From Escherichia coli (GTDB lineage: Bacteria > Pseudomonadota > Gammaproteobacteria > Enterobacterales > Enterobacteriaceae): a stretch of 64,000 bases of DNA. The position numbers and the translations under genes are program-made. Shown here piece after piece: positions 11,191-20,733 of the stretch. Location: NCBI RefSeq assembly GCF_003018235.1, contig NZ_CP027437.1. One strand, given 5' to 3'. Every line of letters starts with the position of its first letter. Position 1 is the first letter of the stretch. Under the pieces are notes generated by a model, which was not told the origin of the DNA, searched no databases, and saw only the letters and a program-made list of their open reading frames with translations.

Positions 11191-13986
11191 ATGGAGATAA
11201 TTATGAGAAACCTCTGTTTCTTACTGACGTTAGTGGCAACTCTGTTGCTCCCCGGGCGACTGATTGCCGCCGCCTTACCGCAGGATGAAAAGTTAATTAC
11301 CGGGCAACTGGACAATGGCTTGCGATATATGATTTATCCGCATGCTCAACCAAAGGATCAGGTAAATTTATGGCTGCAAATTCATACGGGTTCATTGCAG
11401 GAAGGAGACAATGAGCGCGGCGTGGCTCATTTTGTAGAACATATGATGTTTAACGGCACAAAAACATGGCCGGGTAATAAAGTCATCGAAACATTTGAGT
11501 CGATGGGTCTGCGCTTTGGTCGCGATGTTAATGCCTATACCAGCTATGACGAAACGGTGTATCAGGTGAGTTTGCCGACTACGCAGAAACAAAATCTGCA
11601 ACAAGTGATGGCAATCTTCAGTGAATGGAGTAATGCCGCAACCTTTGAAAAACTCGAAGTAGACGCTGAACGCGGCGTAATTACTGAGGAATGGCGTGCC
11701 CATCAGGATGCGAAATGGCGCACCTCTCAGGCGCGCCGCCCTTTCCTGCTGGCTAATACCCGTAATTTAGACCGTGAACCTATCGGCCTGATGGATACTG
11801 TCGCTACGGTCACACCGGCACAATTGCGCCAATTTTATCAACGCTGGTATCAACCAAATAATATGACCTTTATCGTGGTCGGCGATATCGATAGTAAAGA
11901 AGCGCTGGCGCTGATTAAGGATAATTTAAGTAAGCTTCCGGCTAACAAAGCAGCTGAAAATCGCGTCTGGCCGACAAAAGCCGAAAACCACCTGCGCTTT
12001 AATATCATTAATGATAAAGAAAACCGGGTGAACGGCATCGCACTCTATTATCGCCTGCCAATGGTGCAAGTGAGCGATGAGCAAAGCTTTATCGAACAAG
12101 CTGAATGGAGCATGTTGGTTCAGCTGTTCAATCAGCGTCTGCAGGAACGCATACAGTCGGGCGAGTTGAAGACTATTTCTGGCGGCACTGCGCGCAGCGT
12201 TAAAATTGCACCCGATTATCAGTCGCTGTTTTTCCGTGTAAATGCACGAGACGATAATATGCAGGATGCTGCGAATGCATTAATGGCAGAGTTGGCAACT
12301 ATTGATCAGCATGGTTTTTCTGCTGAAGAACTCGATGATGTCAAATCTACCCGTCTCACCTGGCTGAAAAATGCGGTTGATCAGCAAGCTGAACGTGATT
12401 TACGTATGCTGACCAGTCGCCTGGCATCCAGCTCATTAAATAATACGCCGTTCTTGTCGCCGGAAGAGACATATCAACTTTCGAAACGTCTGTGGCAGCA
12501 AATTACCGTGCAAAGTCTGGCGGAAAAATGGCAGCAGTTAAGAAAGAACCAGGATGCATTTTGGGAGCAAATGGTAAACAATGAGGTTGCTGCCAAAAAC
12601 GCATTGTCTCCTGCGGCTATCCTGGCGCTGGAAAAAGAGTACGCCAACAAAAAGCTGGCGGCTTACATCTTCCCAGGCAGAAATTTATCGTTAACAGTAG
12701 ACGCTGACACACAGGCGGAAATTAGCAGCAAAGAAACGCTGGCTGAGAATCTGACATCATTAACACTTTCCAATGGTGCCAGGGTTATTCTGGCAAAATC
12801 CGCGGGTGAAGAGCAAAAACTACAAATTACTGCCGTATCTAATAAAGGCGATTTAAGTTTCCCTGCGCAGCAAAAATCACTTATCGCGCTGGCAAATAAA
12901 GCAGTAAGCGGAAGCGGCGTTGGTGAACTCTCCTCTTCCAGCCTGAAACGCTGGAGTGCGGAAAACTCGGTAACCATGAGCAGTAAAGTCAGTGGCATGA
13001 ATACATTGCTCTCTGTTAGCACGCGGACTAATAACCCTGAACCTGGTTTCCAGTTGATTAACCAGCGAATCACCCACAGCACGATTAACGATAATATTTG
13101 GGCATCGCTACAAAATGCTCAAATTCAGGCGTTGAAAACGCTCGACCAGCGTCCAGCGGAGAAATTCGCCCAGCAGATGTATGAGACGCGCTATGCTGAT
13201 GACCGCACGAAATTACTGCAAGAAAATCAGATTGCACAGTTTACTGCCGCAGATGCGCTGGCTGCCGATCGCCAGTTGTTTTCATCTCCAGCGGATATCA
13301 CGTTTGTCATTGTCGGTAATGTCGCAGAAGACAAACTCCTGCCGTTAATTACGCGTTACTTAGGATCAATCAAACACTCTGATTCGCCATTAGCCGCAGG
13401 TAAACCATTAACTCGCGCGACGGACAACGCATCGGTTGCTGTAAAAGAACAAAATGAACCTGTGGCACAGGTTTCACAGTGGAAGCGTTATGATTCCCGG
13501 ACACCTGTAAATCTGGAGACGCGTATGGCGCTCGATGCTTTTAACGTCGCACTGGCAAAAGATCTACGCGTTAATATTCGTGAACAGGCATCTGGAGCAT
13601 ACAGCGTTTCTTCTCGCCTCTCGGTTGATCCTCAGGCCAAAGATATCAGTCATTTGCTGGCTTTTACTTGTCAACCGGAACGACATGATGAACTGTTAAC
13701 GTTAGCGAATGAAGTGATGGTTAAACGTCTGGCTAAAGGGATCAGTGAGCAAGAACTGAACGAATACCAGCAAAACGTTCAGCGCAGCCTCGATATCCAA
13801 CAGCGTAGCGTTCAACAATTAGCGAACACCATTGTAAATAGTCTTATTCAATATGACGATCCTGCAGCATGGACTGAGCAGGAGCAATTGTTGAAACAAA
13901 TGACGGTAGAGAATGTTAACACTACCGTTAAACAATATCTTTCTCATCCGGTAAATACTTATACCGGAGTATTATTGCCAAAATAA
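11191..13986 (+). CDS. pqqL: Periplasmic M16-family zinc metalloprotease PqqL
   Basis: Inverted zinc-binding motif HxxEH (HFVEH) in the N-terminal domain; signal peptide; start taken at ATG 11191 (MEIIMRNL...) to give 931 aa. Confidence 0.9.
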   Translation: MEIIMRNLCFLLTLVATLLLPGRLIAAALPQDEKLITGQLDNGLRYMIYPHAQPKDQVNLWLQIHTGSLQEGDNERGVAHFVEHMMFNGTKTWPGNKVIETFESMGLRFGRDVNAYTSYDETVYQVSLPTTQKQNLQQVMAIFSEWSNAATFEKLEVDAERGVITEEWRAHQDAKWRTSQARRPFLLANTRNLDREPIGLMDTVATVTPAQLRQFYQRWYQPNNMTFIVVGDIDSKEALALIKDNLSKLPANKAAENRVWPTKAENHLRFNIINDKENRVNGIALYYRLPMVQVSDEQSFIEQAEWSMLVQLFNQRLQERIQSGELKTISGGTARSVKIAPDYQSLFFRVNARDDNMQDAANALMAELATIDQHGFSAEELDDVKSTRLTWLKNAVDQQAERDLRMLTSRLASSSLNNTPFLSPEETYQLSKRLWQQITVQSLAEKWQQLRKNQDAFWEQMVNNEVAAKNALSPAAILALEKEYANKKLAAYIFPGRNLSLTVDADTQAEISSKETLAENLTSLTLSNGARVILAKSAGEEQKLQITAVSNKGDLSFPAQQKSLIALANKAVSGSGVGELSSSSLKRWSAENSVTMSSKVSGMNTLLSVSTRTNNPEPGFQLINQRITHSTINDNIWASLQNAQIQALKTLDQRPAEKFAQQMYETRYADDRTKLLQENQIAQFTAADALAADRQLFSSPADITFVIVGNVAEDKLLPLITRYLGSIKHSDSPLAAGKPLTRATDNASVAVKEQNEPVAQVSQWKRYDSRTPVNLETRMALDAFNVALAKDLRVNIREQASGAYSVSSRLSVDPQAKDISHLLAFTCQPERHDELLTLANEVMVKRLAKGISEQELNEYQQNVQRSLDIQQRSVQQLANTIVNSLIQYDDPAAWTEQEQLLKQMTVENVNTTVKQYLSHPVNTYTGVLLPK

Positions 13987-14248
13987 TAACAGCCCCGTCA
14001 ACACATCGTTGGCGGGGATTTTATCAATATTCGCTATTTTTATGTAATAATTTTATAAATGCGTTCAAAATAATAACCAAGTACTAATAGTGATATTTTA
14101 AGGTCTGATTTTTACGTGATAATTCAGGAGGCGTAGAAAGTGCATAAAAATAACAGCATAAAACACCTTGCCACCACCCAAGAATTCAATAATGTATTGA
14201 TTTTCAATGATAAAATATTATTCGCATAATATCTCACGATAAATAACA

Positions 14249-14268
14249 TTAGGATTTTGTTATTTAAA
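14249..14268 (+). promoter_or_regulatory. GAD box (GadE/GadX-binding 20-mer TTAGGATTTTGTTATTTAAA) upstream of gadB
   Basis: Exact 20-nt gad-box sequence present about 80-100 bp upstream of the gadB start. Confidence 0.7.
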
Positions 14269-14347
14269 CACGAGTCCTTTGCACTTGCTTACTTTATCGA
14301 TAAATCCTACTTTTTTAATGCGATCCAATCATTTTAAGGAGTTTAAA

Positions 14348-15748
14348 ATGGATAAGAAGCAAGTAACGGATTTAAGGTCGGAACTACTCGATTCACGTTT
14401 TGGTGCGAAGTCTATTTCCACTATCGCAGAATCAAAACGATTTCCGCTGCACGAAATGCGCGATGATGTCGCATTCCAGATTATCAATGACGAATTATAT
14501 CTTGATGGCAACGCTCGTCAGAACCTGGCCACTTTCTGCCAGACCTGGGACGACGAAAATGTCCACAAGTTGATGGATTTATCCATTAACAAAAACTGGA
14601 TCGACAAAGAAGAATATCCGCAATCCGCAGCCATCGACCTGCGTTGCGTAAACATGGTTGCCGATCTGTGGCATGCGCCTGCGCCGAAAAATGGTCAGGC
14701 CGTTGGCACCAACACCATTGGTTCTTCCGAGGCCTGTATGCTCGGCGGGATGGCGATGAAATGGCGTTGGCGCAAGCGTATGGAAGCTGCAGGCAAACCA
14801 ACGGATAAACCAAACCTGGTGTGCGGTCCGGTGCAAATCTGCTGGCATAAATTCGCCCGCTACTGGGATGTGGAGCTGCGTGAGATCCCTATGCGCCCCG
14901 GTCAGTTGTTTATGGACCCGAAACGCATGATTGAAGCCTGCGACGAAAACACCATCGGCGTGGTGCCGACTTTCGGCGTGACCTACACCGGTAACTATGA
15001 GTTCCCGCAACCGCTGCACGATGCGCTGGATAAATTCCAGGCCGACACCGGTATCGACATCGACATGCACATCGACGCCGCCAGCGGTGGCTTCCTGGCA
15101 CCGTTCGTCGCCCCGGATATCGTCTGGGACTTCCGCCTGCCGCGTGTGAAATCGATCAGTGCTTCAGGCCATAAATTCGGTCTGGCTCCGCTGGGCTGCG
15201 GCTGGGTTATCTGGCGTGATGAAGAAGCGCTGCCGCAGGAACTGGTGTTCAACGTTGACTATCTCGGTGGTCAGATTGGGACTTTCGCCATCAACTTCTC
15301 CCGCCCGGCGGGTCAGGTGATTGCACAGTACTATGAATTCCTGCGCCTCGGTCGTGAAGGCTATACCAAAGTACAGAACGCCTCTTACCAGGTTGCCGCT
15401 TATCTGGCGGATGAAATCGCCAAACTGGGGCCGTATGAGTTCATCTGTACCGGTCGCCCGGACGAAGGCATCCCGGCGGTTTGCTTCAAACTGAAAGATG
15501 GTGAAGATCCGGGATACACCCTGTACGACCTCTCTGAACGTCTGCGTCTGCGCGGCTGGCAGGTTCCGGCCTTCACTCTCGGCGGTGAAGCCACCGACAT
15601 CGTGGTGATGCGCATTATGTGTCGTCGCGGCTTCGAAATGGACTTTGCTGAACTGTTGCTGGAAGACTACAAAGCCTCCCTGAAATATCTCAGCGATCAC
15701 CCGAAACTGCAGGGTATTGCCCAGCAGAACAGCTTTAAACATACCTGA
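14348..15748 (+). CDS. gadB: Glutamate decarboxylase beta (PLP-dependent)
   Basis: 466-aa product from ATG 14348 ([19 protein letters not shown]...); PLP-lysine motif [10 protein letters not shown]. Confidence 0.95.
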   Translation: MDKKQVTDLRSELLDSRFGAKSISTIAESKRFPLHEMRDDVAFQIINDELYLDGNARQNLATFCQTWDDENVHKLMDLSINKNWIDKEEYPQSAAIDLRCVNMVADLWHAPAPKNGQAVGTNTIGSSEACMLGGMAMKWRWRKRMEAAGKPTDKPNLVCGPVQICWHKFARYWDVELREIPMRPGQLFMDPKRMIEACDENTIGVVPTFGVTYTGNYEFPQPLHDALDKFQADTGIDIDMHIDAASGGFLAPFVAPDIVWDFRLPRVKSISASGHKFGLAPLGCGWVIWRDEEALPQELVFNVDYLGGQIGTFAINFSRPAGQVIAQYYEFLRLGREGYTKVQNASYQVAAYLADEIAKLGPYEFICTGRPDEGIPAVCFKLKDGEDPGYTLYDLSERLRLRGWQVPAFTLGGEATDIVVMRIMCRRGFEMDFAELLLEDYKASLKYLSDHPKLQGIAQQNSFKHT

Positions 15749-15768
15749 TAACGTTTAACGGTAACGGT

Positions 15769-15798
15769 GTCCCGAAACACACCCGTTTCGGGACAATT
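15769..15798 (+). terminator. Perfect 10-bp stem-loop (gtcccgaaac / gtttcgggac) in the gadB-gadC intergenic region
   Basis: Read directly; a second hairpin (gttctgaa-tacgc-ttcagaac) lies at 15838..15858; likely mRNA stabiliser or partial terminator within the gadBC operon. Confidence 0.45.
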
Positions 15799-15903
15799 TC
15801 CAAAGTCTGTTCACTGGCATTAGCAACGGAAAATATTGTTCTGAATACGCTTCAGAACAAAACAGGTTCGGTTCCGACAGGAATACCGTTTTAGGGGGAT
15901 AAT

Positions 15904-17439
15904 ATGGCTACATCAGTACAGACAGGTAAAGCTAAGCAGCTCACATTACTCGGATTTTTTGCCATAACGGCATCGATGGTAATGGCTGTTTATGAATACC
16001 CTACCTTCGCAACATCGGGCTTTTCATTAGTCTTCTTCCTGCTATTAGGCGGGATTTTATGGTTTATTCCCGTGGGACTTTGTGCTGCGGAAATGGCCAC
16101 CGTCGACGGCTGGGAAGAAGGTGGTGTCTTCGCCTGGGTATCAAATACTCTGGGGCCGAGATGGGGATTTGCAGCGATCTCATTTGGCTATCTGCAAATC
16201 GCCATTGGTTTTATTCCGATGCTCTATTTCGTGTTAGGGGCACTCTCCTACATCCTGAAATGGCCAGCGCTGAATGAAGACCCCATTACCAAAACTATTG
16301 CAGCACTCATCATTCTTTGGGCGCTGGCATTAACGCAGTTTGGTGGCACGAAATACACGGCGCGAATTGCTAAAGTTGGCTTCTTCGCCGGTATCCTGTT
16401 ACCTGCATTTATTTTGATCGCATTAGCGGCTATTTATTTGCACTCCGGTGCCCCCGTTGCTATCGAAATTGATTCGAAGACCTTCTTCCCTGACTTCTCT
16501 AAAGTGGGCACCCTGGTTGTATTTGTTGCCTTCATTTTGAGTTATATGGGGGTAGAAGCATCTGCAACCCACGTCAATGAAATGAGCAACCCAGGGCGCG
16601 ACTATCCACTGGCTATGTTACTGCTGATGGTGGCGGCAATCTGCTTAAGCTCTGTTGGCGGTTTGTCTATTGCGATGGTCATTCCGGGTAATGAAATCAA
16701 CCTCTCCGCAGGTGTAATGCAAACCTTTACCGTTCTGATGTCCCATGTGGCACCGGAAATTGAGTGGACGGTTCGCGTGATCTCCGCACTGCTGTTACTG
16801 GGTGTTCTGGCGGAAATCGCCTCCTGGATTGTTGGTCCTTCTCGCGGGATGTATGTCACAGCGCAGAAAAACCTGCTGCCAGCGGCATTCGCTAAAATGA
16901 ACAAAAATGGCGTACCGGTAACGCTGGTCATTTCGCAGCTGGTGATTACTTCTATCGCGTTGATCATCCTCACCAATACCGGTGGCGGTAACAACATGTC
17001 CTTCCTGATCGCACTGGCGCTGACGGTGGTGATTTATCTGTGTGCTTATTTCATGCTGTTTATTGGCTACATTGTGTTGGTTCTTAAACATCCTGACTTA
17101 AAACGCACATTTAATATCCCTGGTGGTAAAGGGGTGAAACTGGTCGTGGCTGTTGTCGGTCTGCTGACTTCAATTATGGCGTTTATTGTTTCCTTCCTGC
17201 CGCCGGATAACATCCAGGGTGACTCTACCGATATGTATGTTGAATTACTGTTCGTGAGTTTCCTGGTGGTACTTGCCCTGCCCTTTATTCTCTATGCTGT
17301 TCATGATCGTAAAGGCAAAGCGAATACCGGCGTCACTCTGGAGCCAATCAACAGTAAGAACGCACCAAAAGGTCACTTCTTCCTGCACCCGCGTGCACGT
17401 TCACCACACTATATTGTGATGAATGACAAGAAACACTAA
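15904..17439 (+). CDS. gadC: Glutamate:GABA antiporter (APC family)
   Basis: 511-aa polytopic membrane protein recognised as GadC. Confidence 0.95.
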   Translation: MATSVQTGKAKQLTLLGFFAITASMVMAVYEYPTFATSGFSLVFFLLLGGILWFIPVGLCAAEMATVDGWEEGGVFAWVSNTLGPRWGFAAISFGYLQIAIGFIPMLYFVLGALSYILKWPALNEDPITKTIAALIILWALALTQFGGTKYTARIAKVGFFAGILLPAFILIALAAIYLHSGAPVAIEIDSKTFFPDFSKVGTLVVFVAFILSYMGVEASATHVNEMSNPGRDYPLAMLLLMVAAICLSSVGGLSIAMVIPGNEINLSAGVMQTFTVLMSHVAPEIEWTVRVISALLLLGVLAEIASWIVGPSRGMYVTAQKNLLPAAFAKMNKNGVPVTLVISQLVITSIALIILTNTGGGNNMSFLIALALTVVIYLCAYFMLFIGYIVLVLKHPDLKRTFNIPGGKGVKLVVAVVGLLTSIMAFIVSFLPPDNIQGDSTDMYVELLFVSFLVVLALPFILYAVHDRKGKANTGVTLEPINSKNAPKGHFFLHPRARSPHYIVMNDKKH

Positions 17440-17464
17440 CCATGTCTGAATGGTTATAAGACAA

Positions 17465-17493
17465 GGGAACGATAATTCATCGCTCCCTTTTTC
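17465..17493 (+). terminator. Rho-independent terminator after gadC (gggaacgat-aattc-atcgctccc + TTTTT)
   Basis: Stem-loop with one mismatch followed by T-tract. Confidence 0.6.
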
Positions 17494-17569
17494 GTGCTTG
17501 CTGTCGTATTGACTTAACCGGGATAAGTACGAGAATGAGCGCACATCTGTTTACCGGAAACCAGCACAT

Positions 17570-18889
17570 ATGGATATCTGCTCCCGAAACGAGAAATTAG
17601 CGATTAGAAGACCAGCGATACTGGTTGCACTGGCACTTTTACTGTGTAGTTGTAAAAGCACGCCTCCAGAGTCCATGGTGACACCACCAGCGGGTTCAAA
17701 GCCACCAGCCACGACGCAACAATCGTCACAACCGATGCGTGGCATCTGGCTGGCCACGGTGTCTCGCCTCGACTGGCCACCGGTTTCCTCGATTAACATT
17801 AGTAACCCCACCAGCCGGGCCCGTGTACAACAACAGGCGATGATTGACAAACTGGATCATCTGCAACGTCTCGGCATAAACACGGTCTTTTTCCAGGTCA
17901 AGCCGGACGGTACCGCCCTGTGGCCATCAAAAATTTTGCCGTGGTCCGATCTTATGACCGGAAAGATTGGTGAAAATCCAGGTTACGATCCGCTGCAATT
18001 TATGCTCGACGAAGCCCACAAGCGTGGGATGAAAGTACACGCCTGGTTTAACCCCTATCGCGTATCGGTTAATACGAAGCCCGGTACTATCAGGGAACTG
18101 AATAGCACTCTGGCTCAACAACCAGCGAGCGTCTATGTGCAACACCGCGACTGGATCAGAACGTCCGGCGATCGCTTTGTCCTCGACCCGGGCATCCCTG
18201 AAGTTCAGGACTGGATCACATCAATAGTCGCGGAAGTGGTTTCCCGCTATCCGGTAGATGGCGTGCAGTTTGACGACTATTTCTATACTGAGTCACCGGG
18301 TTCACGGCTAAATGATAACGAAACGTACCGCAAATACGGAGGCGCATTTGCGTCAAAAGCAGACTGGCGGCGCAACAATACTCAGCAGTTAATTGCGAAG
18401 GTATCGCACACCATTAAAAGCATTAAGCCGGAAGTCGAATTTGGCGTTAGCCCGGCAGGCGTGTGGCGTAACCGATCACACGATCCGCTCGGTTCCGATA
18501 CCCGAGGCGCGGCAGCCTATGACGAATCCTACGCTGACACCCGTCGATGGGTGGAACAAGGATTGCTGGATTACATTGCTCCCCAAATTTACTGGCCGTT
18601 CTCACGGAGTGCCGCACGTTATGACGTTTTGGCAAAATGGTGGGCAGATGTCGTTAAACCGACCAGGACCCGCCTGTATATCGGTATCGCCTTCTATAAA
18701 GTGGGTGAACCTTCAAAGATAGAGCCAGACTGGATGATTAACGGCGGCGTACCGGAACTGAAAAAACAGCTCGATCTTAACGATGCCGTGCCAGAAATTA
18801 GCGGCACAATCTTGTTCCGTGAGGACTATCTGAATAAGCCACAGACTCAACAAGCGGTCAGCTATCTGCAAAGTCGTTGGGGCAGTTAA
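17570..18889 (+). CDS. yddW: Lipoprotein YddW/DigH, glycoside-hydrolase-like
   Basis: 439-aa ORF with lipobox (LLLCSCK); recognised as YddW. Confidence 0.88.
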   Translation: MDICSRNEKLAIRRPAILVALALLLCSCKSTPPESMVTPPAGSKPPATTQQSSQPMRGIWLATVSRLDWPPVSSINISNPTSRARVQQQAMIDKLDHLQRLGINTVFFQVKPDGTALWPSKILPWSDLMTGKIGENPGYDPLQFMLDEAHKRGMKVHAWFNPYRVSVNTKPGTIRELNSTLAQQPASVYVQHRDWIRTSGDRFVLDPGIPEVQDWITSIVAEVVSRYPVDGVQFDDYFYTESPGSRLNDNETYRKYGGAFASKADWRRNNTQQLIAKVSHTIKSIKPEVEFGVSPAGVWRNRSHDPLGSDTRGAAAYDESYADTRRWVEQGLLDYIAPQIYWPFSRSAARYDVLAKWWADVVKPTRTRLYIGIAFYKVGEPSKIEPDWMINGGVPELKKQLDLNDAVPEISGTILFREDYLNKPQTQQAVSYLQSRWGS

Positions 18890-18907
18890 ACTCCCATTCT
18901 TACTTTG

Positions 18908-18939
18908 TAACAAGCCGGTGCTTTCCCCCCGGCTTGTTA
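18908..18939 (+). terminator. Stem-loop (taacaagccgg ... ccggcttgtta) after yddW
   Basis: 11-bp inverted repeat; no T-tract. Confidence 0.4.
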
Positions 18940-19264
18940 CCCTCTTGAAATATCCCACTAGTAATCATGCTTACTTAAGTCAAATTAACTACGCAATTAA
19001 CCACACTTAGTTAAACAGTCATAAATCCCCTAATAAAAATGTATGAATATGAAAAAACATACGATATTCGCTGTCACCGAAAAATAATTACGATGGGCTA
19101 TACTCTTCTGAAGAACAGTAGCGTAGATTGAAACTGTCCTAAGTCGCTTATTTGTTTTCAGTATATCTTCATATTTCAGGAGAATATGGTGCAGTTAGTC
19201 GATCTCGCACGTTGCGTTTCGTTTTGATTCCGTCTGCTTTCCCAGCCTTATAAGGGTGTGAATT

Positions 19265-20647
19265 ATGGAGATGTATTTTAAAAGAATGAAAGATGAGTGG
19301 ACCGGGCTTGTCGAACAAGCAGATCCGCTCATTCGTGCTAAAGCCGCGGAAATTGCCGTTGCGCATGCCCATTATCTGAGTATTGAGTTTTACCGAATTG
19401 TCCGTATCGACCCGCATGCCGAAGAATTCTTGAGTAATGAACAAGTTGAGCGGCAGTTGAAAAGTGCGATGGAACGCTGGATTATTAACGTGCTTTCTGC
19501 CCAGGTTGACGATGTCGAAAGGCTAATACAAATCCAGCATACCGTTGCGGAAGTGCATGCCCGCATAGGAATTCCGGTAGAAATTGTCGAGATGGGGTTT
19601 CGGGTGCTGAAAAAAATCCTCTATCCAGTCATCTTCTCTTCGGATTATTCCGCCGCAGAAAAACTTCAGGTCTACCATTTCTCTATTAACAGTATTGATA
19701 TCGCTATGGAAGTGATGACCCGCGCGTTTACCTTTAGTGACAGTAGTGCCTCAAAGGAAGATGAAAACTATCGTATCTTCTCGTTACTGGAAAATGCCGA
19801 AGAAGAAAAAGAACGGCAAATAGCCTCATTACTTCCATGGGAAATAGATATTATCTATAAAGTCCTGCTGGATTCTGATTTAGGCAGTAGTTTGCCTTTA
19901 AGCCAGGCTGATTTTGGCCTGTGGTTTAACCATAAAGGGCGACATTATTTTAGCGGCATAGCCGAAGTGGGCCATATCTCCCGTCTGATTCAGGATTTTG
20001 ACGGTATTTTCAATCAAACCATGCGTAACACCAGGAATTTGAATAACAGAAGTTTACGGGTGAAATTTTTATTACAGATAAGAAATACCGTATCGCAAAT
20101 TATTACCTTGTTGCGTGAATTGTTTGAAGAAGTATCGCGCCACGAAGTCGGTATGGATGTACTGACGAAATTACTTAACCGCCGTTTCCTGCCGACGATC
20201 TTCAAACGCGAAATTGCCCATGCCAACCGGACCGGCACACCGCTGTCAGTGCTGATTATTGACGTTGATAAATTCAAAGAGATCAACGATACGTGGGGCC
20301 ATAACACTGGCGATGAAATTCTGCGTAAAGTCTCTCAGGCCTTTTATGACAACGTCCGCAGTAGTGATTATGTTTTCCGCTACGGTGGCGATGAATTTAT
20401 CATTGTTTTGACTGAAGCTTCTGAAAACGAAACGTTACGTACCGCAGAACGTATTCGCAGTCGGGTGGAGAAAACCAAACTGAAAGCCGCAAACGGCGAA
20501 GATATTGCCCTCTCACTTTCCATCAGTGCTGCCATGTTTAATGGTCATCCTGACTATGAGCGCCTCATTCAAATAGCCGATGAAGCTCTGTATATCGCCA
20601 AAAGACGAGGTAGAAACCGTGTTGAACTCTGGAAAGCCAGTCTTTAG
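19265..20647 (+). CDS. dosC: Globin-coupled diguanylate cyclase DosC
   Basis: 460-aa ORF; GGDEF motif (RYGGDEFIIV) in the C-terminal domain. Confidence 0.92.
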   Translation: MEMYFKRMKDEWTGLVEQADPLIRAKAAEIAVAHAHYLSIEFYRIVRIDPHAEEFLSNEQVERQLKSAMERWIINVLSAQVDDVERLIQIQHTVAEVHARIGIPVEIVEMGFRVLKKILYPVIFSSDYSAAEKLQVYHFSINSIDIAMEVMTRAFTFSDSSASKEDENYRIFSLLENAEEEKERQIASLLPWEIDIIYKVLLDSDLGSSLPLSQADFGLWFNHKGRHYFSGIAEVGHISRLIQDFDGIFNQTMRNTRNLNNRSLRVKFLLQIRNTVSQIITLLRELFEEVSRHEVGMDVLTKLLNRRFLPTIFKREIAHANRTGTPLSVLIIDVDKFKEINDTWGHNTGDEILRKVSQAFYDNVRSSDYVFRYGGDEFIIVLTEASENETLRTAERIRSRVEKTKLKAANGEDIALSLSISAAMFNGHPDYERLIQIADEALYIAKRRGRNRVELWKASL

Positions 20648-20733
20648 ATGCGCCAGGATGCAGAGGTAATCATGAAGCTAACCGATGCGGATAATGCCGC
20701 CGATGGCATTTTTTCCCCGCCCTTGAGCAAAAT

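Noticed and set aside
14579-15742. Several minus-strand ORFs (163 aa, 192 aa and others) inside gadB
   Set aside because: Antisense to gadB, whose frame is confirmed by the PLP-lysine motif; composition artefacts.
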